The notes: generated by a model not told the origin, from the letters alone. Positions 36,414 to 49,294 are shown, numbered from the stretch's first letter. The stretch: 64,000 nt of DNA from Myxococcales bacterium (GCA_037445065.1 JBBILD010000005.1:96001-160000), one strand, 5' to 3'. Numbers and translations are program-made.

Positions 36414-39400
36414 ATGAGGACGTTGCGGCCGCTTTTCGTTGCGTTTCTTGCTGGGGCAGGCATTTGGCTTGCCGGCTGCGGTTCGGATGGCGAGCCGCCA
36501 GCGACCGCATCTGGGTTGCGAGTTGCCATTCTGAGCCCCGCGAACGGCGCAACCATTACGGATTTCTCGTTCGGCGTCGAGTTGGACGTATCACAGCCGA
36601 GCTCGGCCAGCGGAGCCGTGTTGCAGGTCGAAGCGCTCCTCAACGGGGTGCCGCTCCCTCTGCAGGGCGGGCCGAGTGGCTACCGTACTCGGGTGAACCC
36701 AGGTCCGCCGCTGCGCGATGAGAACCGGCTGGTGGTCACCGTGACCGCCGGTGGTGCGAGCGCCCGGGCACAAGCGGACTTCTCGTACCTTCCTCCAAAA
36801 GCCGTAGCGCGCAGAATCACGGATGAGCGGGATTTGCTCCGCGGCCCGCTCGCCCACGGTCGCGTCGGCGATTATCTGCTTGCCAACACCGTGGCGCGAT
36901 TCGTGATTCAAGACGCGCCGCAGCGTGACCTTTACAGCGTCGGCACCTTTGGCGGTAACATCATTGACGCGGAACTGGTCGAGCGCCCTGGAACGGACAA
37001 TTTCCTCGAGTTGCAACCGGCGGTGAACATCGAGACCGTAATCAACGCCCAGACCGTTGAGATCGTAAACGACGGGCAGGATGGCACGCCGGCCATCATT
37101 CGCACGTGTGGGCCGGACGATCTGCTCGACTTCGTCAACCCTTCCACGATTATCCGCGACGCCGGCCTTGCCTTCCCCGCGGCTGCCGACGATGCCGACT
37201 ACGAAGTCGAAGGGTGCACCGACTACATCCTCGAGCCGGGCAAGCCCTATGTGCAGGTTGTGACGACGATCTTCAACAACGAAGATCGCGACCTCGGGCT
37301 GTTCGTGGGTGACTACATCAATGGTTCCGGGGAACTGGAGCAGTGGACCAGTTCGGGCGCAGGCTTGGGCGAAATTCTCACCGCCAACTTAGGGGTGCTG
37401 AGTTACATCGGGTTCGGCCAAGCCCAAGGTGTGGACTACGGCTTCATCCCACTTCCCGTACCGGGCATCGAAGACGGGCGCTCGAGTTTCTTTACCGCCT
37501 CTGGGGTATCTTACATCATGCAAAGCAACTCGATCGTACGCGTCTTGCTCGGTTCACCGGCCACCTTTGTCGTCCCGGCGCGCGGCTCGCGCTCTTACAC
37601 GCGTTACTTCTCCGTAGGGAACGGAAGCGGCGGCAATGCCGTAGCGGTGGAAAACGAGGTCAAAGGCTTCGATACAGGCACGCTGCGCGGATGCGTTCTG
37701 GCGGGTGGCCGCGGGCTCCCGGGAAGCCGTGTCAGCGTCTTGCGCGCCAACGCCGTCGTCGCACCCTACGTCACCGGCGAGGACGGCTGCTTCGAGGGCT
37801 CCCTGCCACCAGGCGCGTATCGGGTGGTGGCGGCGCGGCGGGGATTCCTGTACGAGGGGGCTGGCACTTCCCCCGAGGCCAAGGAGGTTTCGATTACCGC
37901 TGGCAGCACAGCCGAGGTGCGCTTCGAGCTGCCATCCTCCGGGCGCGTGCGGGTGCAAGTCAGCGAATCCCTCGCTAGTGCCGGCCAAACCTCGCGCCCG
38001 ATCCCGGCTCGGGTCAGCGTCGTCGGTTTCGACCCAAGCCCTGAGCCCATCATTGTTCTCAATTCGATCGCGGGCCGCATCTCGACGGGAACCTTCGAGG
38101 ACGTCACCAAAGACGTCGTCCCCTTTGGCATCGTCTGGCTCGATTACACCGACGCGCAGGGACGCCTCGAGTTCGACCTCGAACCAGGCGAATACGAACT
38201 GTTCGTGTCGCGCGGCACCGAGTACTCGCTCTTCCGCCAGCGCATCGTCGTGGAAGCAGGCAGCACTGTGGACGTGTCCGCCACCATTGCGCGCGTACTG
38301 GACACCAGCGGTTTCATTTCCTCTGACTTCCACGTGCACACCATCAACAGCGCCGATTCCCGTGTGAATCTGCGCGACCGCGCCATACAATTCGCAGGCG
38401 AGGGGGTGGACAATGTGATTTTGACCGACCACCACTTCCACACCGACTTGCGTCCTGTCATCGAACAGCTCGGCCTGGGTCCGTTCTTGCAGACCACGAT
38501 CGGGGAGGAGATCACCACATGGGACTACGGCCACTTCAACGCTTACCCGCTGCGGATCGACTCCAGCCGCCCATCCAATGGCTCTACCGATTGGGCGGTG
38601 GCGGCGCCGCCGGGGCGTGACTTCCCCCGTTTTGGCTCCTTCTCGCTTTCTCCGGCGGACCTCGAACGCCTCGCAAAAGAGGGCCCGACGAGCACGCCGG
38701 ATACCACTGTGCAGATCAACCACATTGACAGCTTCTTTGCGCCGTTGCGTATCGACACTTCGCTCGTGCCGCCACAAACCTTTTTGACCCCAGAGCAGCG
38801 TCTGGCCTTCCGACTCGACCCCAACGGCGGCAACCTTTTCCACCACTTCAGAGCCCTCGAGCTCTGGAACGGCTCCAACCGCACGCACCAGAGCCAATTC
38901 CTCGATCAGCGCATCGGAATCTGGATGAATCACTTGAACCAGGGCATGAAGACAACGTTCATTGCCGACACCGACACCCACGAGTTTCGCAACCTGAACA
39001 CCGCTGGTGCGCGCACCTGGACCGCTTCCTCTACGGACGATCCGACGCAAATCGAACCTGGCGAGGTCGCCCGTTCCGTGGACGCCGGCCGGGCTGTGGG
39101 CGGGCAGGGAATTTACGTGCAGGCACGGCTGCGCGCCCTCGACGGGTCGGAACGTGTGGCCGATTTCACCCTGAACGGCAGCACCGAAGTGCGGAGCGAT
39201 GCCGGGGTGGAACTCGAGGTTGTGGTCCAGGCACCGGTGTGGGCGGAGTACGATCGCATCGAGATTTACGCGAACGCGGTGACCGTACCGGCGCTGCGCG
39301 TGGACAATGTACCGGTCCTGTTCACCGCAATACCGACCCGCAGCCTGGACCTCGGTGCGGATTTCGAGCGATCCCTGGTCACGGTGGACCCGACTGTTCC

Positions 39401-39674
39401 CGGAGCGCAGCGTTGGGAGACACAGGTGCGCATTCCTTTTCCGGACCTGCGCGAGGACACTTGGTTCGTCGTCGTCGTGAAGGGGCGGGATGGGGTTTCG
39501 CGTCCCATGTTCCCCGTCTTCCCGCAGAGTCTGCGCGCGGACACCAACCGTACGCTCGCAGATCTACTCGACGGCAACCTCGGCGAGAGCGGCACAATGG
39601 CCTTGGGGGCTACCAACGCCCTGTACGCAGATGTCAATGGGCGCCCCGGGTTCCAAGCCCCACTGGCTCCCTAA
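36414..39674 (+). CDS. Large lipoprotein with CehA/McbA-type PHP metallohydrolase domain
   Basis: LAGC lipobox; beta-sandwich regions; 'SDFHVH', 'TDHH', 'GEEIT', 'GHFNAYP', 'DTDTH'. Confidence 0.8.
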   Translation: MRTLRPLFVAFLAGAGIWLAGCGSDGEPPATASGLRVAILSPANGATITDFSFGVELDVSQPSSASGAVLQVEALLNGVPLPLQGGPSGYRTRVNPGPPLRDENRLVVTVTAGGASARAQADFSYLPPKAVARRITDERDLLRGPLAHGRVGDYLLANTVARFVIQDAPQRDLYSVGTFGGNIIDAELVERPGTDNFLELQPAVNIETVINAQTVEIVNDGQDGTPAIIRTCGPDDLLDFVNPSTIIRDAGLAFPAAADDADYEVEGCTDYILEPGKPYVQVVTTIFNNEDRDLGLFVGDYINGSGELEQWTSSGAGLGEILTANLGVLSYIGFGQAQGVDYGFIPLPVPGIEDGRSSFFTASGVSYIMQSNSIVRVLLGSPATFVVPARGSRSYTRYFSVGNGSGGNAVAVENEVKGFDTGTLRGCVLAGGRGLPGSRVSVLRANAVVAPYVTGEDGCFEGSLPPGAYRVVAARRGFLYEGAGTSPEAKEVSITAGSTAEVRFELPSSGRVRVQVSESLASAGQTSRPIPARVSVVGFDPSPEPIIVLNSIAGRISTGTFEDVTKDVVPFGIVWLDYTDAQGRLEFDLEPGEYELFVSRGTEYSLFRQRIVVEAGSTVDVSATIARVLDTSGFISSDFHVHTINSADSRVNLRDRAIQFAGEGVDNVILTDHHFHTDLRPVIEQLGLGPFLQTTIGEEITTWDYGHFNAYPLRIDSSRPSNGSTDWAVAAPPGRDFPRFGSFSLSPADLERLAKEGPTSTPDTTVQINHIDSFFAPLRIDTSLVPPQTFLTPEQRLAFRLDPNGGNLFHHFRALELWNGSNRTHQSQFLDQRIGIWMNHLNQGMKTTFIADTDTHEFRNLNTAGARTWTASSTDDPTQIEPGEVARSVDAGRAVGGQGIYVQARLRALDGSERVADFTLNGSTEVRSDAGVELEVVVQAPVWAEYDRIEIYANAVTVPALRVDNVPVLFTAIPTRSLDLGADFERSLVTVDPTVPGAQRWETQVRIPFPDLREDTWFVVVVKGRDGVSRPMFPVFPQSLRADTNRTLADLLDGNLGESGTMALGATNALYADVNGRPGFQAPLAP

Positions 39675-39687
39675 GCCCCATCGTCGA

Positions 39688-40974
39688 GTGCGCAGCGCGC
39701 TGGGGGCAACGCGTGTGCTGGCGGGGGCCTTTTTGCTCGCCGCCCTCGGTGCCGTGGGCGCTTGCCAGCGGGAGGCAGCGCCGGCAGTTCGTGCTCGCGG
39801 CGATGCGGGCTTGCTTCTCAGCACCCTGCCGGCTGCCACGGCCTTAGTCGAGGCGCGCGTGGAACGGGTCGCCCGCATTGACCGCCACGGTTACCGGGCC
39901 AGTGCCCGCGTTCAGCGATCCCTGAAAGGGCCCTTCGAGCCGGGAACCCCGCTGGAAATCGCCTGGGAAGAGCTAGCTGTGGAGCGCGCCCCGCGTTTCG
40001 CGTCGGGTGAGACGGTTGTGGTCGCCCTGACCCCCTTGCCCACCACTTCGCTGTGGTTCCATCGCTTTCCCCCACAGTTGCGCAGCGAGCGGACGCTTGC
40101 CGTTGCAGGCGGCGGCGACGCCTTTGCGGCGGATCTTTCAGCTGACGATCTGGAGCGACTGGGGGAGTTCGCTCGCCTTGCTGCAGATCAGCCCTACTCC
40201 CTCTCTGCCGCCATTGCTCTCCTCCGCTTCTGGGACTCCCGCAACGAACAACTTGCGCGCGCCGCCTTGGCTTTGCTCGACCAAGACTGGAGCGAACCAA
40301 TCGCTTCTGCACCCGCGTTTATCGAGGCCTGTGCTCAGGCGCTGGCGCGACCCAAGCCGCTCTGGTTGGGGAGCGCCATTCTCGAGTGGGCGGCAAGGCG
40401 ACAGGTGCGAGGTTTGATCCCGGTGTTGGATCGCATCGCTCGTGCGCACACGCCTTTGGCCCCGCACGCGATTCTGGCTGCGCGCCGACTCGGGCATCCG
40501 CTACCGGAGGAGCTACTCGAGCCCTGGCTCAGCCATCCCGACGGCGCGGTACGGGCCAGTGCAACCCGTGCGCTGGACGGCCCGAATGCCGCCGCCAGGC
40601 TCGCACGCCTAGCTGGAGACGACCCTGACCCGACAGCCCGTGCCGCTGCCCTAACCCGGCTCCGCGAACTTGCCGGCAATGAGGCCTTCCCGACTCTGGC
40701 GGCGGGGCTCACCGATCCCGAGGCGAGCGTGCGGCTGGCCGCTGCCCAGCAGTTGTCCGTACTCGGGGAAACAGTTCGCCAGCATTTGGAGGAGTTCGCA
40801 CTCGCACAATCAGGTGATGCTGCGCTCGCTGCAGTGGCTGCCTTTGAAGGCATGGGGGCAGCAGGTCACCCCGCGCTCGTGCGCCTAGCCAAAGAGCACC
40901 CCGACCCGCGCGTTCGCGCTCTCGCGGAGATCGCGGCCCGCAAGTCGCAAGGTGAACATGGCAGCAAGCCATGA
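39688..40974 (+). CDS. HEAT-repeat protein, probable lipoprotein
   Basis: 'AVGAC' lipobox-like; repeats 'HPDGAVRASA', 'DPDPTARAAA', 'DPEASVRLAA', 'HPDPRVRALA'; start estimated. Confidence 0.75.
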   Translation: MRSALGATRVLAGAFLLAALGAVGACQREAAPAVRARGDAGLLLSTLPAATALVEARVERVARIDRHGYRASARVQRSLKGPFEPGTPLEIAWEELAVERAPRFASGETVVVALTPLPTTSLWFHRFPPQLRSERTLAVAGGGDAFAADLSADDLERLGEFARLAADQPYSLSAAIALLRFWDSRNEQLARAALALLDQDWSEPIASAPAFIEACAQALARPKPLWLGSAILEWAARRQVRGLIPVLDRIARAHTPLAPHAILAARRLGHPLPEELLEPWLSHPDGAVRASATRALDGPNAAARLARLAGDDPDPTARAAALTRLRELAGNEAFPTLAAGLTDPEASVRLAAAQQLSVLGETVRQHLEEFALAQSGDAALAAVAAFEGMGAAGHPALVRLAKEHPDPRVRALAEIAARKSQGEHGSKP

Positions 40975-40993
40975 CTCGTGGCCAGAAAAGTCA

Positions 40994-41024
40994 TTGACTT
41001 CGATTTCCTGTTTCCATAGGAAAC
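40994..41024 (+). promoter_or_regulatory. Putative promoter and palindromic operator of the TetR gene
   Basis: TTGACT-N17-TAGGAA; GTTTCC-ATA-GGAAAC palindrome at 41010-41024 overlaps the -10. Confidence 0.5.
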
Positions 41025-41033
41025 CATGGGCCA

Positions 41034-41693
41034 ATGACGAGCCAGCACGTGCCTGCCTCCAACTCTGAGATTCTCGCTACACGGGAGAAAATTCTCCAAG
41101 CTGCAGCCCGTTTGTTCGCACAGCAAGGGTACGAGGCGACCTCGCTAGCGCAGGTGGCGCGGGAGGCGAGGGTGAGCAAGGCCCTGATCTTTTGGCACTT
41201 CGACAGCAAAGAAAAACTCTACCGCACGGCCCTGCGGCGCACTCTGGAGCCGTACTTCATTGACACCGAGGAAATTGCCGGTCTTGACGAGCCGAGCCAG
41301 ATTGCCCGCTTAATCGACTCTTTCTACAGGTTTGTGAACGACAATGTTTATTCGGTGCGCTTTTTCATGGGGCTCATGCTGCGCGCCGAACAACGGGCAC
41401 ACGGGTCCGGAGCAAATTTGCCGGAAGAAGACGACGTGCGCCGCGTCAGCGAACTCTACCGCGCCTTCCGCCAGTCCTTCGCCGAAATCCTGGAGCAAGG
41501 GAAGGCACGCGGCTTGTTCGTGCCGGAAATCGAGCCGCAGCGGGAAGCCGCGCTGATTCTCGTCACGCTGGCTGGGGTGCTGGTACAGCAGTTCATGTTG
41601 GGAGAATCAGCGGAACAGGCAAAGGAACTGATCGAATTTTATAAAAGTACTTTGTTTGCGCGGCTCATGCGCGCGAGAGGCCAGCAAGGCTGA
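41034..41693 (+). CDS. TetR/AcrR family transcriptional regulator
   Basis: 'TREKILQAAARLFAQQGYEATSLAQVAREARVSKALIFWHFDSKEKL'. Confidence 0.93.
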   Translation: MTSQHVPASNSEILATREKILQAAARLFAQQGYEATSLAQVAREARVSKALIFWHFDSKEKLYRTALRRTLEPYFIDTEEIAGLDEPSQIARLIDSFYRFVNDNVYSVRFFMGLMLRAEQRAHGSGANLPEEDDVRRVSELYRAFRQSFAEILEQGKARGLFVPEIEPQREAALILVTLAGVLVQQFMLGESAEQAKELIEFYKSTLFARLMRARGQQG

Positions 41694-41700
41694 CCACCCC

Positions 41701-41730
41701 GCGGGGCGCTACAGACTCGTAGCGCCCCGC
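41701..41730. terminator. Perfect 12-bp GC hairpin between convergent tetR and nrdJ
   Basis: GCGGGGCGCTAC-agactc-GTAGCGCCCCGC; no U-tract, so function uncertain. Confidence 0.4.
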
Positions 41731-41927
41731 CCGATCTTCTCGGCCGCATCCGCCCCTCCCGCAGGAGCCCCACTCCACCACGACCACGCACCGTTGGCTC
41801 CCGATCTGCTCCTCCGTGCGGCGATAGCCCACGCATTCGTCGCTGGATGTCGGCTCTCACGCCGCGCGTCCGCCGCATGCTGATCCCTACCCTCAAGGGT
41901 GTTTTCGGCACCCCGCCCGGAACCGAA

Positions 41928-44681
41928 TCATGAGCAGCCGCTCGTCGCCCCGCAGTTCAGGCACTTGTAACAGCTACCGTTCCGCACCATGATCGAGCCG
42001 CAGTCATGGCAGCTCGGAGCATCTGCCTGCGGACTGAAGCCCAACGCAGCCACCCGCGCAGCAGGCTCGACTTCGCTCCCCGCACTCGGGCTGCTCGACT
42101 CCTGGTCTGGCTCGCGAGATACGATACCGATTTGCGAGCGCTTCTCTGGGCCCAAAAACCGCGCGCCCAAGAAGCGGAAAATGTAATCAATCAAAGACTT
42201 GGCGAACGGAATATCGGGGTTCTTGGTGAAGCCCGAGGGTTCGAAGCGCACGTGGCTGAACTTGTCCACCAGAACTTCGAGCGGCACCCCGTATTGGAGC
42301 GCCATGGAAGTGAGGATCCCGATGGTGTCCATGAGCCCCGAAACCGTGCTCCCTTCCTTCGCAATCTTGATGAAGATTTCCCCCGGCTGCCCGTCCTCGT
42401 ACAAGCCCACATGGATGTACCCCTCGTGCCCGGCGATATCGAACTTGTGCCGGATAGACTGGCAGTCGTTCGGCAGCCGGCGCCGCACCGGACGGAACTC
42501 CGCCGCGGCCTCTGACTTCTGCACGCGCGCCGTGTTGAGGGGCTGGGTCCGTTTGCACCCGTCACGATACACTGCCACCGCCTTCAGGCCCAGGCGCCAG
42601 GCAGCCAGGTAGGCGTCCATGATGTCTTCCACTGTGGCGTGGTTCGGCATATTGATCGTTTTGGAGATCGCACCGGAGATGAACGGCTGCACCGCACCCA
42701 TCATGCGCAGGTGGCCCATGTAGTGAATCGAGCGCTGTCCCCGTGCCGGCTTGAAAGCGCAGTCAAACACCGGCAAGTGCTCCTCGCGCAGGCCCGGGGC
42801 GCCTTCGATCGTGTCATTCTCGTCTATGTACTCGACAATCCGCTGAATCTCCGCCGACTCGTATCCCAGGCGCCGGAGGGCGCGGGGCACCGTCGAGTTG
42901 ACGATCTTCAATACGCCCCCACCAACCAGCTTCTTGTATTTCACTAGGGCAATATCGGGCTCAACTCCCGTGGTGTCGCAGTCCATCATGAACGCAATCG
43001 TGCCGGTAGGCGCCAGCACCGTGGCTTGCGAGTTGCGCACCCCGAACCGCTCACCTCGCTCGACAACCTCATCCCACACTTGCCGTGCGGAACCGAGGAG
43101 CTCGAGGGGGACGTACGTCGAATCAATCTTGTGGGCATAGGATCGGTGTTTGCGCAGCACGCGCAGCATCCCATCTCGGTCGTTGGCAAAGCCAGCAAAT
43201 GGACCCATCCGCTCGGCAATCCGGGTCGACTGCAGGTATGCCTCACCGGTCATGAGCGCGGTGACCGCAGCAGCGTACTGGCGACCCGCTTCGGAGTCGT
43301 ACGGCAACCCAAGCGACATCAGAAGTGCGCCCAAATTGGCGTAACCCAAGCCCAACTGCCGGTAGCGGCGCGCGTTTTCCTCGATCTCCGGAGTTGGGTA
43401 GCTGGAGTGATCCACGATGATGTCCTGCGCGGTGATGGTGATATCCACCGCATGGCGAAACGCTTCCACATCGAAATTGCCGGCCTCATCCACGAACTTC
43501 ATCAGGTTGAGCGAGGCCAGATTGCACGCAGAGTTGTCGAGGTGCATGTACTCCGAGCACGGGTTCGAAGCGTTGATGCGGCCAGCGTTCGGGCACGTAT
43601 GCCACTCGTTGATCGTGGTGTCGAACTGCATTCCCGGGTCGCCACACACCCAAGCAGCCTCAGCAATCATGCGAAACAGATCGCGCGCGCGGAACACCTC
43701 CGCGGTCTCCCCGCTCAGCACGTAACGAGTCGCCCAGGTTCCGTCTTCTTCTACCGCACGCATGAACGCATCGGGAACCCGCACCGAGTTGTTGGCGTTT
43801 TGAAAGAACACCGACCCGTAGGCTGGGCCATCGAGCGAGCCATCATAGCCTGCGTCAATCAAAGCCCAGGCCTTTTTCTCTTCCTCCTCCTTGCAACGGA
43901 TGAACTCGACAATGTCCGGGTGATCAATGTTGAGCACCACCATTTTCGCGGCCCGCCGCGTCTTGCCACCCGATTTGATGACGCCGGCGGAAGCATCCGC
44001 TGCCTTCATGAAGGAAACCGGCCCGGAGGCGGTGCCACCACCAGCCAGTTTTTCCTTAGAAGAGCGAATCTTCGACAGGTTGACCCCGGAACCAGAGCCT
44101 CCCTTAAAAATGATTCCTTCGTTGCGGTACCAGTTGAGGATGGACTCCATCGTGTCTTCCACCGACAAGATGAAGCAAGCCGAACACTGCGGGCGAGGCT
44201 CGATCCCCACGTTGAACCAAACCGGGCTGTTGAAGGCCATTTTTTGGTGCAACAACAGGTGGGTGAGTTCCGCAGAAAAGGTCTCTGCATCCTCCCGGGA
44301 GGCGAAGTAACCCTGCTCTTCACCCCAGGCACGCAGGGTGCGCACCACACGGCCAATGAGCTGCCGCACACTATGCTCCCGCTCCGGCGCGCCGAGCTGC
44401 CCCCGGAAGTACTTGGAGACGACTACGCTGGTCGCCAGTTGCGACCACGAGCGCGGAATCTCCACGTTGTTTTGCTCGAAGATGACCTCCCCTTTCTCGC
44501 CGGTGATCACCGCTTTGCGCAACTCCCACTCGACCGAGTCGAAGGGGTCCTCCCCGGGGTTGGTGAAGAAGCGGCGGAACCGTAGGCCCCTCTCTACCTC
44601 CGAGCCTGTGGCGCTCCTTTGCGCGGGTACAAACCGTTGGCCTTTCTCGTTTCGCCGCTTATTGTGCACGCCGTTCGCCAT
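41928..44681 (-). CDS. nrdJ: Class II (adenosylcobalamin-dependent) ribonucleotide reductase
   Basis: 'FNSPVWFN', 'SACFIL', 'NPCSEY', 'APTGTI', TSCPD domain and C-terminal Zn ribbon 'CHDCG...CLNCGATSGCS'. Confidence 0.95.
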   Translation of the reverse strand: MANGVHNKRRNEKGQRFVPAQRSATGSEVERGLRFRRFFTNPGEDPFDSVEWELRKAVITGEKGEVIFEQNNVEIPRSWSQLATSVVVSKYFRGQLGAPEREHSVRQLIGRVVRTLRAWGEEQGYFASREDAETFSAELTHLLLHQKMAFNSPVWFNVGIEPRPQCSACFILSVEDTMESILNWYRNEGIIFKGGSGSGVNLSKIRSSKEKLAGGGTASGPVSFMKAADASAGVIKSGGKTRRAAKMVVLNIDHPDIVEFIRCKEEEEKKAWALIDAGYDGSLDGPAYGSVFFQNANNSVRVPDAFMRAVEEDGTWATRYVLSGETAEVFRARDLFRMIAEAAWVCGDPGMQFDTTINEWHTCPNAGRINASNPCSEYMHLDNSACNLASLNLMKFVDEAGNFDVEAFRHAVDITITAQDIIVDHSSYPTPEIEENARRYRQLGLGYANLGALLMSLGLPYDSEAGRQYAAAVTALMTGEAYLQSTRIAERMGPFAGFANDRDGMLRVLRKHRSYAHKIDSTYVPLELLGSARQVWDEVVERGERFGVRNSQATVLAPTGTIAFMMDCDTTGVEPDIALVKYKKLVGGGVLKIVNSTVPRALRRLGYESAEIQRIVEYIDENDTIEGAPGLREEHLPVFDCAFKPARGQRSIHYMGHLRMMGAVQPFISGAISKTINMPNHATVEDIMDAYLAAWRLGLKAVAVYRDGCKRTQPLNTARVQKSEAAAEFRPVRRRLPNDCQSIRHKFDIAGHEGYIHVGLYEDGQPGEIFIKIAKEGSTVSGLMDTIGILTSMALQYGVPLEVLVDKFSHVRFEPSGFTKNPDIPFAKSLIDYIFRFLGARFLGPEKRSQIGIVSREPDQESSSPSAGSEVEPAARVAALGFSPQADAPSCHDCGSIMVRNGSCYKCLNCGATSGCS

Positions 44682-44708
44682 TTGCCTTCTCCTCCACGAT
44701 CCCTCGAA

Positions 44709-44756
44709 CCCCTATCCGTTGTGGGCGGACACCGTATAAGACACAAGATGTTGTGG
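44709..44756. promoter_or_regulatory. Tandem NrdR boxes
   Basis: CCCCTATCCGTTGTGG (44709-44724) and ACACAAGATGTTGTGG (44741-44756), 32 bp apart, upstream of nrdJ; TTGACA on the minus strand at 44758-44763. Confidence 0.8.
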
Positions 44757-44818
44757 TTGTCAAGCAAAGCCACCTTCCTTCTAGCCGGCGCTTTGCTGGC
44801 GCGGTAAAGTGGCACTCT

Positions 44819-47140
<2,322 letters not shown>

Positions 47141-47197
47141 GTGACTTGCGCGGCTGGGCGAGGACCAGTAGGCAGGCCCTTTCAGGAGGTGAGGCTC

Positions 47198-47404
47198 ATG
47201 GCCGAAACAGTGCGGATCAAAACCATTGCAGACGGTCCCTACGAAGTCCGAGGACCGGTCGAACTCGTGGATGCACGGAATCGCCCCTTCCAGGTCAGCG
47301 AGCAACCGATTTACCTTTGCCGCTGCGGGCATTCCGCGAACAAGCCGTTTTGCGACGGCTCGCACAAGCAAGTAGGGTTCAAGGCGAACGAAGAGGCTCG
47401 CTAG
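47198..47404 (+). CDS. CDGSH iron-sulfur domain protein
   Basis: 'LCRCGHSANKPFCDGSH'; AGGAGGT SD. Confidence 0.93.
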   Translation: MAETVRIKTIADGPYEVRGPVELVDARNRPFQVSEQPIYLCRCGHSANKPFCDGSHKQVGFKANEEAR

Positions 47405-47441
47405 GCGAGTCTCCGCCCAAATCAGCATGGAGGTTCTTCCC

Positions 47442-47930
47442 ATGGCAATTTCAGTTGGACAAAAGCTACCCCTTCACATCTCGCTCAAGGAAATGACCGA
47501 GCAGGGCCCGCGGGATGCCAAGCTCGAGGACGTCTTTCGGGGCAAGAAGGTTGTGGTGTTCGCTGTCCCCGGCGCCTTCACTCCGACGTGTAGCGCCAAG
47601 CACCTTCCCGGCTTTGTTGAGCGGGCAGACGAAATCAAGGCAAAAGGCATAGACGACATCGTGTGCATCGCCGTAAACGATGTCTTCGTCATGGGCGCCT
47701 GGGCAAACGCGAGTGGAGCCAAAGGCAAAGTGCGTCTGCTCGCAGACGGGAACGCCGAATTTACCAAGGCGATCGGACTCGAGCTCGACGCGAGCGGATT
47801 TGGCATGGGCCTTCGCTCGCAGCGGTATGCGATGATCGTAGAAGACGGAGTGGTCAAGGAGCTGCTGGTCGAGCCGGGCCCTGGTCTGAGCGTTTCGAGT
47901 GCCGATTCCGTACTGGCCAAACTCGGCTAG
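47442..47930 (+). CDS. Peroxiredoxin (Prx5/redoxin type)
   Basis: 'VPGAFTPTCSAKHLPGF', 'VNDVFVMGAW', 'RSQRYAMIV'. Confidence 0.93.
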   Translation: MAISVGQKLPLHISLKEMTEQGPRDAKLEDVFRGKKVVVFAVPGAFTPTCSAKHLPGFVERADEIKAKGIDDIVCIAVNDVFVMGAWANASGAKGKVRLLADGNAEFTKAIGLELDASGFGMGLRSQRYAMIVEDGVVKELLVEPGPGLSVSSADSVLAKLG

Positions 47931-48395
47931 CGCCGAAAGAGTTTCTTTGATCGAGCGGTGCCAGTGAGGCAGGTGCGGGATCCTGCATCATTGGCCGCAC
48001 TTGCCTTGCGGCCCGCAGACATTCATCCGCGACCACGTCGCTTTCATCCACCGCGCCGCCGCAGCCTTTTCGACCTCGCTTGGGGCCCGCTGGTCGTCCC
48101 TCGCCGGGAGGCCACATTCGCGTAGGCTCGGTCACTAGCGGGCCTGATTGCAAGGTCCCGGAAGTCCACGCACAATCCGGCCGTCGTTCCGCTGACAGCA
48201 GGGGCACACTCCACTGCGCTGCCACGAGCAAGCGCTAACGCTTCGCTGCTTTCTCCGCCAGTCTTTGGGCGGTGCAGTTGCGCCGTGCCAGGAGGAGTCC
48301 TGGCAGGCGCGCGTTCCACCGCAAGATGTTCGACTGTTCTCCGCGTCCTCCGCGGAGAGCCAGCGCAACGGGAGCCGGCATAAAGGTGCGAGAGA

Positions 48396-48468
48396 AGGCG
48401 GCGAGCGGATTCGAACCGCTGCATCGAGGTTTTGCAGACCTCTCCCTTAGCCACTTGGGTACGCCGCC
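48396..48468 (-). tRNA. tRNA-Cys (GCA)
   Basis: GGCGGCG acceptor stem, anticodon arm GAGGT-CTGCAAA-ACCTC, GGTTCGAATCC T-arm, U discriminator; CCA not encoded. Confidence 0.97.
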
Positions 48469-48586
48469 TCGAGTCGCTGCCTCGCTTAGCAAGCTTGCCG
48501 GAGGGCTTCAATTCGGTTTTCGCGCGTTGACCCGCGCGCCGGCCAACAGTAAGAACGCTCCACTTTCGTGGAAGCCGAGACGCAAG

Positions 48587-49294
48587 ATGCGGATGGTGCT
48601 CATGTTGCTGTTGTTGCTGGGTCTCGGCTGCGAACCCGCCCACACCCGGGAGGAGGTCCAGGCAAGCACCGACCGCGGAACCGCGGGAAGCGGGAAATCC
48701 TCCCAAGCGGCCACTCTGGCTGCACGCCCGCAAGGGCGCTCTCCATCCGGCGCTCCCCTTCCTCCTCTCCAACTCGTTGCTGAGCCGGTGCGCGGAGAGG
48801 CACCGCTGGCGGTGCACTTCCGTGTGTCAGGAGCGGAAATGGGAGCGCTGCTGCGATGGGAATTTGGCGAAGGCACTGTACACGAGGGCACACAACCCGA
48901 GGCCTGGCACCGCTACCAAACGCCCGGCACCTACGTAGTGCGAGTGCGGGACATCCCAGCCGAGCGCGAGGCGAGCGCCGTGCTTGAGGTCACAGAACGC
49001 GCGCTGGATCTCGATGTCGAGGCAGTACCGGACATCGGGCGAGCTCCGTTACAAGTGGAATTCCGGCTCGTCCTGAGCGATCCAGGCGAACCGCTGCGCA
49101 GCATCCGCTGGAACTTCGGTGACGGGCACGAGGCGGACGGGGCGATTGTCCGCCACTTGTTCACAGAGCCCGGTGGTTTTTGGGTTACCGTACAGGTAGA
49201 GCGCAAAACCGGTTCGCTGCTGCAACGGGACGTGTTTGTGCAAGTAGATCCGCCTGCAGGGGTGCAAAGCGAGGGAAACGAAGAGGATGGGTAA
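48587..49294 (+). CDS. PKD-domain lipoprotein (two PKD domains)
   Basis: 'LGLGC' lipobox; 'GEAPLAVHF', 'WEFGEG', 'WNFGDG', 'HRYQTPGTY'. Confidence 0.75.
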   Translation: MRMVLMLLLLLGLGCEPAHTREEVQASTDRGTAGSGKSSQAATLAARPQGRSPSGAPLPPLQLVAEPVRGEAPLAVHFRVSGAEMGALLRWEFGEGTVHEGTQPEAWHRYQTPGTYVVRVRDIPAEREASAVLEVTERALDLDVEAVPDIGRAPLQVEFRLVLSDPGEPLRSIRWNFGDGHEADGAIVRHLFTEPGGFWVTVQVERKTGSLLQRDVFVQVDPPAGVQSEGNEEDG

